Notes: generated by a model from the sequence alone, not told the origin. Numbered from the stretch's first letter, positions 9,392 to 19,030 are shown. The stretch is DNA of 64,000 nt from Patescibacteria group bacterium (GCA_041653675.1 JBAZEY010000001.1:64098-128097); one strand, 5' to 3'. Program-made: numbers and translations.

Positions 9392-9976
9392 GTGACGGAG
9401 GAAAAGGAAGGGTGCCAGGGAGGTTGGGTCAAGGAAGGGCAGAACGACGCCATTAGCAGAGAATTGGCGGGGGCAATGGCCGCCGGCAAGGCGCCTCAGT
9501 TCGAAGTAGTCAGGTTTGAGGCGAACAACGGTTGGGTAGACGAGAGCAGCAGCCGGATAAAAATCGATCTTGCTCTGATTTTGGATGGCCAGTTGGTTCA
9601 GGTCTTGGACGAACGGGTAATTGAGGAGCGTCCCAAGAATGGGGCTGCCTTCGACGGCCGACTCGGTTCAATTGACGTGATGGAATGTGCTCTGCGCCGG
9701 GCACTCCAAGAGCGCTGGCCAGAGATTAGGCAATATCTTGAAAAAGTAGAAATCGTGAGCTACTGCGCCTTCACGGCCGATTACAAGCAGAGCCATCATG
9801 TTCAAGTTACCTTCAAGATAATCTGCGATAAAGACGAGACGCCACGCGCTGTAGTGCGCGAGGGTGTTGATACGATCGGCAAGACGCGCTACACTTTGGT
9901 CACCATTTTCCGCTGGCTTGCCTGGCGTCTCTTGCGGCGGCTGCGCGGCGAGAAACGCGCGCGAGGCGAGTGCTAG
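9392..9976 (+). CDS. hypothetical protein, GC-rich, GTG start, C-terminal basic amphipathic tail
   Basis: Strong SD GGGGGAGGGAGGAGG upstream of GTG. About 58% GC. No recognisable domain. Confidence 0.45.
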   Translation: MTEEKEGCQGGWVKEGQNDAISRELAGAMAAGKAPQFEVVRFEANNGWVDESSSRIKIDLALILDGQLVQVLDERVIEERPKNGAAFDGRLGSIDVMECALRRALQERWPEIRQYLEKVEIVSYCAFTADYKQSHHVQVTFKIICDKDETPRAVVREGVDTIGKTRYTLVTIFRWLAWRLLRRLRGEKRARGEC

Positions 9977-9994
9977 ACAAGGAAGGTTCCGTCC

Positions 9995-10031
9995 CCGGCC
10001 GGCTTTACTATAATCCGGCCGGCTTTTTATT
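9995..10031 (+). terminator. rho-independent terminator (CCGGCCGG ... CCGGCCGG stem + CTTTTTATT)
   Basis: Read directly from the sequence. Confidence 0.6.
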
Positions 10032-10074
10032 ATATTTCAAGCAGAAATAAGCCTGCCCTTGACTTTGGGAGGGG

Positions 10075-10103
10075 TTGACAAAAATGACAAAAAGATATAC
10101 ACT
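10075..10103 (+). promoter_or_regulatory. sigma70-like promoter (TTGACA -35; TACACT/ATATAC -10) upstream of the glycosyltransferase cluster
   Basis: TTGACA followed 16-17 nt later by a TAnnnT hexamer. Confidence 0.4.
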
Positions 10104-10162
10104 TTAAACAGAAAATAGGGCTAAAAATAAGCTTTATTTTGAATTTTCAAGAAACCGTTTTT

Positions 10163-11680
10163 ATGAAGATTTCAGATAAGACAAAATATAGAATTCTCGA
10201 AATTATTCCAGGCGCGCTCGTCTGGGTTACTTTTATTTTGGCGATTTTACTTTCTTTTTGGAAACCACTCTGGGTGATTTATTTTATTATAGTTTTTTGT
10301 ATCTATTGGCTTTTTCGCGTACTCTACTTTGTTTTTTACATGGCAATTTCTTGGCGGCGTTTTAAAAAAGATATCAAGACAAACTGGTTGGAAAAAGTTT
10401 ACGCCTTACCCGATTGGCAAAATTTTTATCATTTGATAGTCTTTCCGACTTCGAAAGAACCGCTTGAAGTTTTGCGTTCTACTTTTCAAAACTTATCGAC
10501 GTCTCATTATCCTCTGGATAAAATGATTGTCGTTTTGTCAGGAGAAGAAAGAAATAAGGAAAATTTTTTAAAAAACGCTGAAGAGATTAAAAAAGAATTT
10601 GGTGATAAATTTTACAAGCTTCTTATCACCATGCATCCGGATAATTTGGTTGGTGAAATTAAGGGTAAGGGAGCGAACGCTCATTGGGCGGGTTTTAAAG
10701 CCAAAGAATTGATTGACGAACTTAAAATTCCTTACGGAAATATTATTGTTTCTTATTTTGACAGCGATACCTGCGTACATCCGGAATATTTTGCTTGCTT
10801 GGCGTATAAATATATTACTCATCCAAGACGCGAGCGCGCGGCTTTTCAGCCGGTGGCGCTTTATAATAACAATATTTGGGATTCAATGTCTCTGATGCGC
10901 GTCGCGGCTTTTGGCACAACCTTTTGGCTTTTAACAGAACTCGCGAAACCCGATCGGCTTTTTACTTTTTCTTCGCATAGCATTGCCTTCAAGGCGCTTG
11001 TTGATGTTGATTTTTGGCAGAAGGATGTTGTGACCGACGATTCAAGAATTTTTTTGCAATGTTTTATCCGTTATGGCGGAGAGTTTGAAGTCGTGCCAAT
11101 ATATGTTCCTGTGTCTATGGATACTGTCATGGCGGAAACGCCGTGGCGAAGCATGGTTAATCTTTACAAACAACAGCGGCGTTGGGCTTGGGGAGTAGAA
11201 CATTTTCCTTACATGGTTTGGCATTTTTCCCGCGGCACGTTGAAGACGGATAGTGGCGAAATCAAAGTACCAAAAATTCCTTTTTGGAAAAGATTTAAAT
11301 ATCTTTGGAACTTGGGAGAAGGAATGTATTCCTGGGCGACAGCGCCGATCTTGATGTTTGTTTTAAGTAAATTGCCTCTTTGGGTTGGAAAGGATGAAAT
11401 TGGAACGATGGCATTTTTCCAAACCGCGCCGCTTGTTTTAAAGTGGCTTCTTACAGCCGCCATGCTTGGTATGGTTGTTTCGGCGATTTTATTTTTATTT
11501 TTATTGCCGCCTCGACCAAAAAATAAGAGTCCGTTTAAGTTTGTGATTATGCTTGCGCAGTGGGCATTGCTTCCGGTGTCTTTAATTATATTTGGTGCAA
11601 TTCCGGCAGTGGAAGCGCAAACAAGATTGATGCTTGGAAAATATTTAGGTTTTTGGGTAACGGAAAAAGCAAGAAAATAA
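10163..11680 (+). CDS. membrane-embedded family-2 glycosyltransferase (processive, cellulose/hyaluronan-synthase-like; QxxRW motif)
   Basis: DSD (YFDSDT) motif and QQRRWAWG motif. Multiple TM helices at both ends. Start set at ATG 10163. Confidence 0.65.
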   Translation: MKISDKTKYRILEIIPGALVWVTFILAILLSFWKPLWVIYFIIVFCIYWLFRVLYFVFYMAISWRRFKKDIKTNWLEKVYALPDWQNFYHLIVFPTSKEPLEVLRSTFQNLSTSHYPLDKMIVVLSGEERNKENFLKNAEEIKKEFGDKFYKLLITMHPDNLVGEIKGKGANAHWAGFKAKELIDELKIPYGNIIVSYFDSDTCVHPEYFACLAYKYITHPRRERAAFQPVALYNNNIWDSMSLMRVAAFGTTFWLLTELAKPDRLFTFSSHSIAFKALVDVDFWQKDVVTDDSRIFLQCFIRYGGEFEVVPIYVPVSMDTVMAETPWRSMVNLYKQQRRWAWGVEHFPYMVWHFSRGTLKTDSGEIKVPKIPFWKRFKYLWNLGEGMYSWATAPILMFVLSKLPLWVGKDEIGTMAFFQTAPLVLKWLLTAAMLGMVVSAILFLFLLPPRPKNKSPFKFVIMLAQWALLPVSLIIFGAIPAVEAQTRLMLGKYLGFWVTEKARK

Positions 11681-11682
11681 TT

Positions 11683-12681
11683 ATGAAGGTTTCCATAAAT
11701 TTAGTAACTTGGAACGGAAAAAAATATTTGCCATATTGTTTAGATTCAATTGCCAAACAAACATTTCGCGATTTTTCTTTGTTTATTTTGGATAATGGAT
11801 CAACTGACGGCACGGTTGAGTATTTAAAAAATTCTTTGCTGCCAGTCGCTAATTGCCGGCTGGAGTTTAATGAAGAAAATATCGGTTTTGCCGCCGGCCA
11901 AAATCAAGCGCTTCGGGAAACGGACAGTGATTATGTTTTAATGTTGAACCAGGATATAATTTTAGAGCCAAACTTTTTGGAAGAAATTATTAAATTTTTA
12001 GATGGCAAAAATGAAGTCGCGGCAGTAACGGGAAAACTTTTGCATTGGGATTTTCCCAATAATCAAAAAACAGATTTGATTGATTCCGCCGGAATTAAAA
12101 TTTTCAAGAACCATCGGGCAATTGAATTTGGGGCGGGGGAGATGGATTTGGAAGAATGGAGCGCGCCGCGGGAAGTGTTTGGCGTTTCAGGAGCCGCGGC
12201 GGTTTATCGGCGGGCGGCTTTAAATGATGTCGCTATTAATGGGGAAGTTTTTGATGAAGATTTTTTTAGTTATAAAGAAGACGTGGATCTTGCTTACCGT
12301 TTGCGCCTTGCTGGGTTTAAGGCATGGTTTTTGCCCGGGGCTAGAGGCTACCACGACAGATCGGCAAGAAGCATGGCCCAAACTGATTCCGCGGTGGCGA
12401 GAGCGCGAAAAAATAAATCAGCTTTTGTTAATTATCATTCTTATAAAAATCATTTATTTTTTCTTTTGAAAAATGTTTCAGCGGGAGTTTGCTGGCGCTG
12501 GGGTTATCGGATAAAATGGTATGAATTTAAAAAATTTATTTATCTTTTATTTTTGGAGCCAAGGACGCTCGGAAGTTTAGGAGAATTTTTTAAAAAATTT
12601 CCCAAAATGTGGAGAAAAAGAAAGTGGATTATGAAAAATAAAAAGGCGGATATAGCGGAAATCAAAAAATGGTTTTCTTAA
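11683..12681 (+). CDS. glycosyltransferase family 2
   Basis: N-terminal GT-A fold motifs (LVTWNG.KYL..CL.S...QTF, ILDNGSTDGT, DxD-like DSAG). Start at ATG 11683, one codon after the upstream stop. Confidence 0.65.
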   Translation: MKVSINLVTWNGKKYLPYCLDSIAKQTFRDFSLFILDNGSTDGTVEYLKNSLLPVANCRLEFNEENIGFAAGQNQALRETDSDYVLMLNQDIILEPNFLEEIIKFLDGKNEVAAVTGKLLHWDFPNNQKTDLIDSAGIKIFKNHRAIEFGAGEMDLEEWSAPREVFGVSGAAAVYRRAALNDVAINGEVFDEDFFSYKEDVDLAYRLRLAGFKAWFLPGARGYHDRSARSMAQTDSAVARARKNKSAFVNYHSYKNHLFFLLKNVSAGVCWRWGYRIKWYEFKKFIYLLFLEPRTLGSLGEFFKKFPKMWRKRKWIMKNKKADIAEIKKWFS

Positions 12682-12684
12682 AAT

Positions 12685-13491
12685 ATGGATTTATCAATTA
12701 TTATTTTAAATTATAGGGCGCGCGGGCTCCTCAAAGAATGTCTGAAGGGCATTAAGATGGTTCAGCCAAAATTGGATTACGAAATTATTGTGGTTGATAA
12801 TGCTTCGGGCGATGGGACTGCGCAAATGATGCGCGAAAATTTTCCGGAAATTAAATTTATCGCTTCGGAAAAAAATTTAGGTTACGCCAGGGGAAATAAT
12901 TTGGGAATTAAAGCGGCTAGCGGGCGCTACATAATGATTATGAATCCCGACATTATTGTTTTTTCCGATGTTTTGGAAAAGTTAGTTAAATTTTTAGACG
13001 AGAGACAAGATGTGGGAATTGTCGGACCGAAACTTTTGAATCCCGACAAATCTTTGCAATATTCGTGCTATCGTTACCCGGATTTTTGGGAACCGGTTTA
13101 CCGCCGGACGCCGCTTGGTCGCCTTGGTTTTGCCAAAAAGAAATTGGATCATTATTTTATGAAAGATTTTGATCATAATTCTGTAAAAGAAGTTGATTGG
13201 CTTTTGGGCGGATGCCTTCTTATCAGAAAAAAATCCTTGGACGATGTCCGCCTTTTAGATGAAAGATATTTTGCTTATTTTGACGACGTTGATTTATGCC
13301 GAAGTATGTGGGAGAAAAAATGGAAGGTAGTTTATGATCCAGAAATTTCCGTGATTCATTTTCACCGCCGTGAGTCGGCCGAAGGGAATTGGTGGAGCGC
13401 AATTTTTAAAAAAGTTACGCGGATTCACCTCTCAAGTTGGTTAAAATATTTTAAAAAATGGGGAAGAGAAACAATGGCAACTGGCAGATAA
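12685..13491 (+). CDS. glycosyltransferase family 2
   Basis: LSIIILNYRARGLLKECL, VVDNASGDGT, NLGYARGNN motifs. Confidence 0.65.
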   Translation: MDLSIIILNYRARGLLKECLKGIKMVQPKLDYEIIVVDNASGDGTAQMMRENFPEIKFIASEKNLGYARGNNLGIKAASGRYIMIMNPDIIVFSDVLEKLVKFLDERQDVGIVGPKLLNPDKSLQYSCYRYPDFWEPVYRRTPLGRLGFAKKKLDHYFMKDFDHNSVKEVDWLLGGCLLIRKKSLDDVRLLDERYFAYFDDVDLCRSMWEKKWKVVYDPEISVIHFHRRESAEGNWWSAIFKKVTRIHLSSWLKYFKKWGRETMATGR

Positions 13492-13512
13492 TATAAATGA
13501 TTATATAATCTT

Positions 13513-15510
13513 ATGAAATTTAGGGGGACAAATTTTTTGGATTTAGTTCGTCCGGCGAAGGCAGAGCGACGGAGAGCAATTTTGTTCGTTAAAATTTTGC
13601 TTTACACTTTTGCCGCCGTAGTGGCGATAAGCTTAATTTTAGTAGGAATTTATTTTGGGACTGCCCGCAAGGTTTACGGGTTGTCGGAAAAAGGAAAACA
13701 AAATTTGGAGTTGGCTTCAAATGAAATCTCCGCGCTTAATTTAGAAAAAGCAGGCACGTATCTGACAGAGGCGGAAAATAATTTTAGCGAGGCAGCGGAG
13801 AGTTTTAATAAGTTAAGTTTTTTGAGTAAGCTTCCCTGGATTGGCAATCAGTACGACGCCGCCTCAAGCCTGCTTCGGTCGGGAGTCCAGACTTCGTCCG
13901 CCCTTCACGATCTCGTGGGCGTGGCAGGGGAGGTTATAAGCGTTATGGGCGATGCGCAAGCAGTAGTGCAGGGAATTCCGTCGGTTAGTGGAGAGGCGAG
14001 TTTCGCAGGAATAAGCCCGGAGAAAAAACGAGAACTTTTACAAAAACTTTTTGAGTCGCCGCCGCGTCTTGCCGGAGCGAAAGCAAAAATTGATTTGGCC
14101 TTGCTCGCGCTTGATCAGATTAACGAAGATGATGTCGCGGGCCAGATTTTAAAAATTTTAGAACCGGTAAGGGAGGCTTTATTAAAGATTCAGGGTATTC
14201 TTGCCAAAGCGATTCCCGCGGCGGAAATTTTACCAAAAATTGCCGGCTACCCCGAAGGCAAAACTTATCTTTTTCTTTTACAAAATAGTGACGAGATGCG
14301 TCCGACAGGCGGATTTATCGGCACCTACGGAATTGTTAAAGTTAAAGATGGAAATGTGGAAACTTTTGATACGGATAATGTTTATGCCCTGGATGGCGCG
14401 GCTGAGAGATTTTTACGGGTTAGTCCGCCCGCGCCAATCGGAAAATATTTAAGAGTTGGCGCCTGGTTTTTGCGCGATGCCAACTGGTCGCCGGATTTTC
14501 CAACCGCGGCGGCCCAGGCCGAATGGTTTTATAAAGCTGAAGGTGGACGTGAAAAAAAGATTGACACGGTTATCGCCGTCACCCCGACCTTTATTGAAAA
14601 TATTTTGCGCCAGATTGGGAATATTGAAATTAACGGAGAAACCTTCACACCGGAAAATTTAATGGATGTTCTTCAATATAAAGTGGAAAAAGAATATTAT
14701 GAAAAGGGTATTCCGGAAATTCAAAGAAAAGATATCGTCGGTGATTTGGGGGAAAAGATTTTTGAGCGTCTAACAAATCTCCCGTCATCGCGTTGGTCAA
14801 GTATTTTTAAGGTAGCCGATCAGGCTTTGGCCGAGCGGCACCTTCTTGTCTGGAGCGAAGACCAGGAATTGCAGGCGATTATTGCTCGCGAAGGATGGAG
14901 TGGAAAAATTTTGGAATCTAGCGGGGATTATTTAATGGTGATTGACGCGAATTTAGCTGCCTTGAAAACCGACGGAGTGATGGACAAAAAAATAAATTAT
15001 TCTCTGTCAAAAGATTCATCGGGAAATTACCGCGCCAAGGTTGATATTAATTATAGAAACAACGGAACTTTTACTTGGAAAACTACGCGTTATCGAACCT
15101 ATACCAGAATCTATGTTCCGGACGGAAGTGTTTTGATTGGCGGCAGCGGCATGATGGAAAATGATAAAATTTTAGATCCTTCGGGGCGACCGGGAAAAAT
15201 TGATGTTGGCGAAGAAGCGGGGAAAACTTATTTTGGCGCCTTTATTTCCATTGAACCCGGAAAAGAGAGAACGCTCAGCTTTGAATATACTCTGCCGGAA
15301 AAAATTAAGAACCAGATTGATCAGAAGTTGTATAAATTATTAGTTCAAAAACAATCTGGTACAATTGCTCATCCCTTGACTTTAAACCTTAATTTTGGTA
15401 AAAATATTAAACAAGCCGTTCCGGCGGAAGAGCAGAAAAATTGGGGTGATAACATATATAAACTGCAGACTGAACTACGAGAAGACAAGTCGATTGAAAT
15501 CGGATTTTAA
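13513..15510 (+). CDS. large N-terminally membrane-anchored extracytoplasmic protein (DUF4012-like)
   Basis: Single N-terminal TM helix and 665 aa. Gene context among glycosyltransferases is typical of DUF4012 proteins. The domain assignment is from memory of the family, not a search. Confidence 0.4.
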   Translation: MKFRGTNFLDLVRPAKAERRRAILFVKILLYTFAAVVAISLILVGIYFGTARKVYGLSEKGKQNLELASNEISALNLEKAGTYLTEAENNFSEAAESFNKLSFLSKLPWIGNQYDAASSLLRSGVQTSSALHDLVGVAGEVISVMGDAQAVVQGIPSVSGEASFAGISPEKKRELLQKLFESPPRLAGAKAKIDLALLALDQINEDDVAGQILKILEPVREALLKIQGILAKAIPAAEILPKIAGYPEGKTYLFLLQNSDEMRPTGGFIGTYGIVKVKDGNVETFDTDNVYALDGAAERFLRVSPPAPIGKYLRVGAWFLRDANWSPDFPTAAAQAEWFYKAEGGREKKIDTVIAVTPTFIENILRQIGNIEINGETFTPENLMDVLQYKVEKEYYEKGIPEIQRKDIVGDLGEKIFERLTNLPSSRWSSIFKVADQALAERHLLVWSEDQELQAIIAREGWSGKILESSGDYLMVIDANLAALKTDGVMDKKINYSLSKDSSGNYRAKVDINYRNNGTFTWKTTRYRTYTRIYVPDGSVLIGGSGMMENDKILDPSGRPGKIDVGEEAGKTYFGAFISIEPGKERTLSFEYTLPEKIKNQIDQKLYKLLVQKQSGTIAHPLTLNLNFGKNIKQAVPAEEQKNWGDNIYKLQTELREDKSIEIGF

Positions 15511-15522
15511 ATAAAATAAGAT

Positions 15523-16530
15523 ATGCTACGCAAAAAGATCGGCATTGATCTTGGAACAACGAACGTCCTGGTTCATGTTCCCAAAAGAGGCATTATCATC
15601 AACGAGCCGTCGGTGGTCGCGCTCTCTGTTTCTGATAGAAAAATTTTGGCTGTTGGTCATGAAGCAAAGGAAATGCTCGGCCGCACTCCGGAAACAATTG
15701 TTGCGAGGCGTCCCCTAAAAGACGGCGTTATTGCTGATTATAAAACAACCGAAACAATGCTTAGATATTTTATTAATAAAGCTTTGGGCGGCGTGCGTCT
15801 TTTCCGTCCAGAGGTGATGGTGGCTGTGCCAGCCGGGATTACTTCAACTGAAAAAAGAGCGGTCATTGACGCGACGATTACAGCCGGAGCAAAGGCGGCA
15901 TATGTTATTAAAGAACCAATTGTGGCGGCGATTGGCGCGAATATTCCAATCGGCAGCGCTTCGGGACATATGATCATTGATATTGGCGGAGGTACGGCAG
16001 AAATGGCAGTTATTTCTTTGGGTGGCATTGTTTCTTCCGCGTCGGTCCGAATCGGCGGAAATAAATTGGATATGGCATTGGCTGAATTTATTCGCCGAAA
16101 ATACGGTTTGGCGATTGGCGAACGAACAGCTGAACAAATTAAAATTGAAATCGGTTCGGCGATGTATCTTGAAGATAAATTAAGAATGGAAGTTCGCGGG
16201 CGCGACATGATTTCAGGTTTGCCGCGAACAATTATTGTTACTTCAGATGATGTGACTGACGCGCTAGGAAATGAGTTGGAAGGAATTGTCGCTGCGGTTA
16301 AAGAAGTTTTGTACAACACCCCTCCGGAACTTTCCGCCGACGTGATTGACAAGGGGATTGTTCTTTCTGGTGGGACGTCGTTGCTTAGAAATATCGACCA
16401 ATTAATTTCCCAGGCAACGGGAATCCCTGCTTATGTGGCAAACGATCCGCTGCTTTGCGTGGCCAAAGGCACGGGCATCGCTCTTGAAAATCTCGAATCT
16501 TATAAAAAAAGTATTTTAGCGACGAAGTAG
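15523..16530 (+). CDS. mreB: rod shape-determining protein MreB
   Basis: GIDLGTTNVLVHV phosphate-1 motif, actin-fold motifs, 335 aa. Confidence 0.85.
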   Translation: MLRKKIGIDLGTTNVLVHVPKRGIIINEPSVVALSVSDRKILAVGHEAKEMLGRTPETIVARRPLKDGVIADYKTTETMLRYFINKALGGVRLFRPEVMVAVPAGITSTEKRAVIDATITAGAKAAYVIKEPIVAAIGANIPIGSASGHMIIDIGGGTAEMAVISLGGIVSSASVRIGGNKLDMALAEFIRRKYGLAIGERTAEQIKIEIGSAMYLEDKLRMEVRGRDMISGLPRTIIVTSDDVTDALGNELEGIVAAVKEVLYNTPPELSADVIDKGIVLSGGTSLLRNIDQLISQATGIPAYVANDPLLCVAKGTGIALENLESYKKSILATK

Positions 16531-16548
16531 CCAATATAAAAATTTCAC

Positions 16549-17667
16549 ATGACAATTGGTATCGACGCCTCGCGCGCCAACAAAACCGAAAAGACCGGTA
16601 CTGAGTGGTACTCTTACCATTTAATCCAGGAATTAAAAAAAATCACTGATCCAAAAGATCAGTTTATTTTGTATTCGCGGGAAAAGTTACGCGATGAACT
16701 GGGAGAATTGCCGTCAAATTGGCAGAACAGGGTGCTCGATTGGTCGCCTGGAAAATTATGGACGCAGGTGCGGTTTTCCGCTGAAATGTGGCAGAGGCCG
16801 CCGGAGCTGCTTTTTGTTCCCGCCCATATTCTCCCAACCATCCGTCCGGAAAAAGTCGTGACAACTTGCCACGATGTGGCATTTCTTCGGTTGCCGCAAG
16901 TTTACGATTGGGCATCTTTAAATTATCAGAAGCTAGCCGTGAAGTTTGCTATTCACCACGCGACAAAAATTATTGCCGTTTCAGAATTTACTAAAAACGA
17001 GTTAATTGATTTTTTTAAAATTTCTGCTGGACGAATTGCAGTCGTGCCAAATGGTTATGATAGCGAGAGTTACAAAATTATTGAAGATGGGACAGCGGTG
17101 GCAAAAGTTTTGGAAAAATATAAAATTACTGAGCCATACATTTTATACACCGGTCGGCTGGAGCTGAAAAAAAATACGCCAGGATTAATTGAGGCGTTTA
17201 AAGTTTTGAAAAAAAGTTACAATCAGCCGTTAAAATTAGTCTTGGTCGGCCAGCCAGGTTTCGGTTTTGAAAAAGTCACAAAAGCCATCGCAGAAAGCGA
17301 TTTGCAAAATGATATTATAATGCCCGGCTGGGTTGCGCGAGAAGATTTACCGTATTTGATGAGCGGCGCGCGCGCTTTTGTTTTTCCGTCATTTTATGAA
17401 GGATTTGGCATTCCGGTTTTGGAAGCTATGGCTTGCGGTACGCCAGTCGTCGCTTCGGGAATTCCCGCGCTTCGCGAAGTAGCGGGGGAGGCGGCGTATT
17501 TAGTTGATCCGGATTTTTCGGAAAATATTGCCGAAGGAATTAACCGAGTTTTAACTGATGAACATTTACGGAAAGATTTAAAAATCCGCGGACTCGCGCG
17601 GGTGAAAGATTTTAGTTGGGAGAAATGTGCGAGAGAAACGTGGAAAGTTTTAGAGGGGTTGAAATAA
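16549..17667 (+). CDS. glycosyltransferase family 4 (GT-B, group 1)
   Basis: C-terminal EGFGIPVLEAMACGTPVVAS motif. Confidence 0.7.
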   Translation: MTIGIDASRANKTEKTGTEWYSYHLIQELKKITDPKDQFILYSREKLRDELGELPSNWQNRVLDWSPGKLWTQVRFSAEMWQRPPELLFVPAHILPTIRPEKVVTTCHDVAFLRLPQVYDWASLNYQKLAVKFAIHHATKIIAVSEFTKNELIDFFKISAGRIAVVPNGYDSESYKIIEDGTAVAKVLEKYKITEPYILYTGRLELKKNTPGLIEAFKVLKKSYNQPLKLVLVGQPGFGFEKVTKAIAESDLQNDIIMPGWVAREDLPYLMSGARAFVFPSFYEGFGIPVLEAMACGTPVVASGIPALREVAGEAAYLVDPDFSENIAEGINRVLTDEHLRKDLKIRGLARVKDFSWEKCARETWKVLEGLK

Positions 17668-17705
17668 TTTTTAATTTAAAATTTTGAATTTTGAGTCAAT
17701 TTTAA

Positions 17706-18092
17706 ATGGGGGAATTACAAAACAATCATTTTAATCTAGAAGAGCGGACAGCACAATTTGGCATAGCGATAATAAGGTTCAGTAAAACATTGAGTCAAGA
17801 TGCTGTTTCAAGGCCACTTATAAATCAGTTGGTGAGATCGGGGACTAGCGTCGGTGCGAATTATATGGAAGCCAACGGTGCCAGCTCCAGAAAAGATTTT
17901 CAGAATAAAATTTATATTTGCAAAAAAGAAGTTCAAGAAACAAAACATTGGTTGAGAATGATCGCGGAGTGTTGCCCCAGCTGTAGAGAACGGGCAAGAA
18001 TTTTATGGGCCGAAGCACAAGAGCTGACTCTAATTTTTGGAAAAATAGTTTCTACTTTAAATAGCAAAAAAAGGGACGAACAGATTTTATAA
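17706..18092 (+). CDS. four-helix-bundle protein (23S rRNA intervening-sequence protein family)
   Basis: GTSVGANYMEANGASSRKDFQNKIYICKKEVQETKHWLRMI matches the conserved core of that family. Confidence 0.7.
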   Translation: MGELQNNHFNLEERTAQFGIAIIRFSKTLSQDAVSRPLINQLVRSGTSVGANYMEANGASSRKDFQNKIYICKKEVQETKHWLRMIAECCPSCRERARILWAEAQELTLIFGKIVSTLNSKKRDEQIL

Positions 18093-18139
18093 ATTTAATA
18101 ATTTAGTCATTCATTAAAAATTCAGAATTAAAAATTTTA

Positions 18140-19030
18140 AATTAAAATAAAGAGAGGTCCGTCCGCAAATTGGATTTAGAGTCCAAGTCGCAGGCAGACC
18201 TCAATGGGTGGGATAGAAGAGTCTCAAGAGTCGAGACTCGGGCGGGACGAACTAGTACAGGTCGTCGGCCGGGTCCTCGAGCTGTCCACCGGTGTGGAGC
18301 AGCCGGAGGTGGTCGTCGTCGCAGGCCAAGGCGATCGCGCGATCGCGGTCGCGGGTCTGGCGCCAGACGCCGTCGGGATCCCTCACGAGATCGGCGGGAT
18401 CGTCTTCTCCGTCGTCGCCACGCTGGTCGGGCGACAGCAGTTCGCGCAGTTCTTCGGACAGTTCGCCGCGGTTCAAATCGCACTCCGCGAAACGTCGGCA
18501 AGCCATTCTACCCACTCCTCCTTCCCAACTCCGCTCGGATGAGCGAAGTGATGACCTCCTCCTGATAGTCATCCAGTTGTTTAGAAATTTTTCCAAGCAA
18601 CTGGATAATTGTCAGGAATTTCCGCCTCTTCGGTGGATTTATTTTTTTAAAAAAGTAGGGGCAGAAGAGTTTTTACGCTCCTCTGCCCCATCGTGTTCAA
18701 TGCGCGCCCCGCGCTGCAGTTTCGGGGTAGGGCATTCGCGTTTCCTCCCTGCCGTTTGGATGTGGGTGCCTGCCACCAAACATTGTGTGGTCCAGAATAC
18801 ACACCCTGGGTTAGTTGGCCATCGGCGCTCGCCGGGCGGTGGGGGCGAACATCGAAATGTCGCCTGTCGCGTAATCGGTTAGAGCAGCCTTGGCCCAGCT
18901 CAGAACAGCCTCATCGCCGGCGTCGTCGTGCCGGCACGCGCTTCGGGGAATCCCGCTTTTGCCAGATGGCAGAGCGGTTAGCTCGGTCCTAAGCCGGTTA
19001 AGGCCGTGACAGAGCTTCCCCACGTTCGGT
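18140..19030. other. GC-rich (~62%) island lacking a credible long ORF
   Basis: Six-frame ORFs overlap on both strands in the Arg-rich-junk pattern of GC-rich noncoding DNA. Bounded by AT-rich intergenic sequence. Confidence 0.5.
18252..18505 (-). CDS. small acidic protein (84 aa), very high GC3, perfect SD (GGAGGAG-N7-ATG)
   Basis: MACRRFAECDLNRGELSEELRELL... About 85% G/C at third positions. SD and ATG read from the sequence. A 7-bp hairpin GAGTCTC...GAGACTC follows the stop. Confidence 0.4.

Noticed and set aside
15738-16352. Minus-strand ORFs 15738..16352 and 15844..16137 within mreB, and 15977..16183(+)
   Set aside because: Antisense or alternate-frame artefacts of the highly conserved mreB gene.
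18142-18882. Track ORFs 18142..18501(-), 18170..18565(+), 18204..18542(+), 18292..18882(+) and 18693..18992(+) in the GC-rich island
   Set aside because: Mutually overlapping on both strands, and Arg/Pro/Ser-rich low-complexity translations typical of GC-rich noncoding DNA. Only the SD-led 84-aa frame within 18252..18596(-) looks like a gene.
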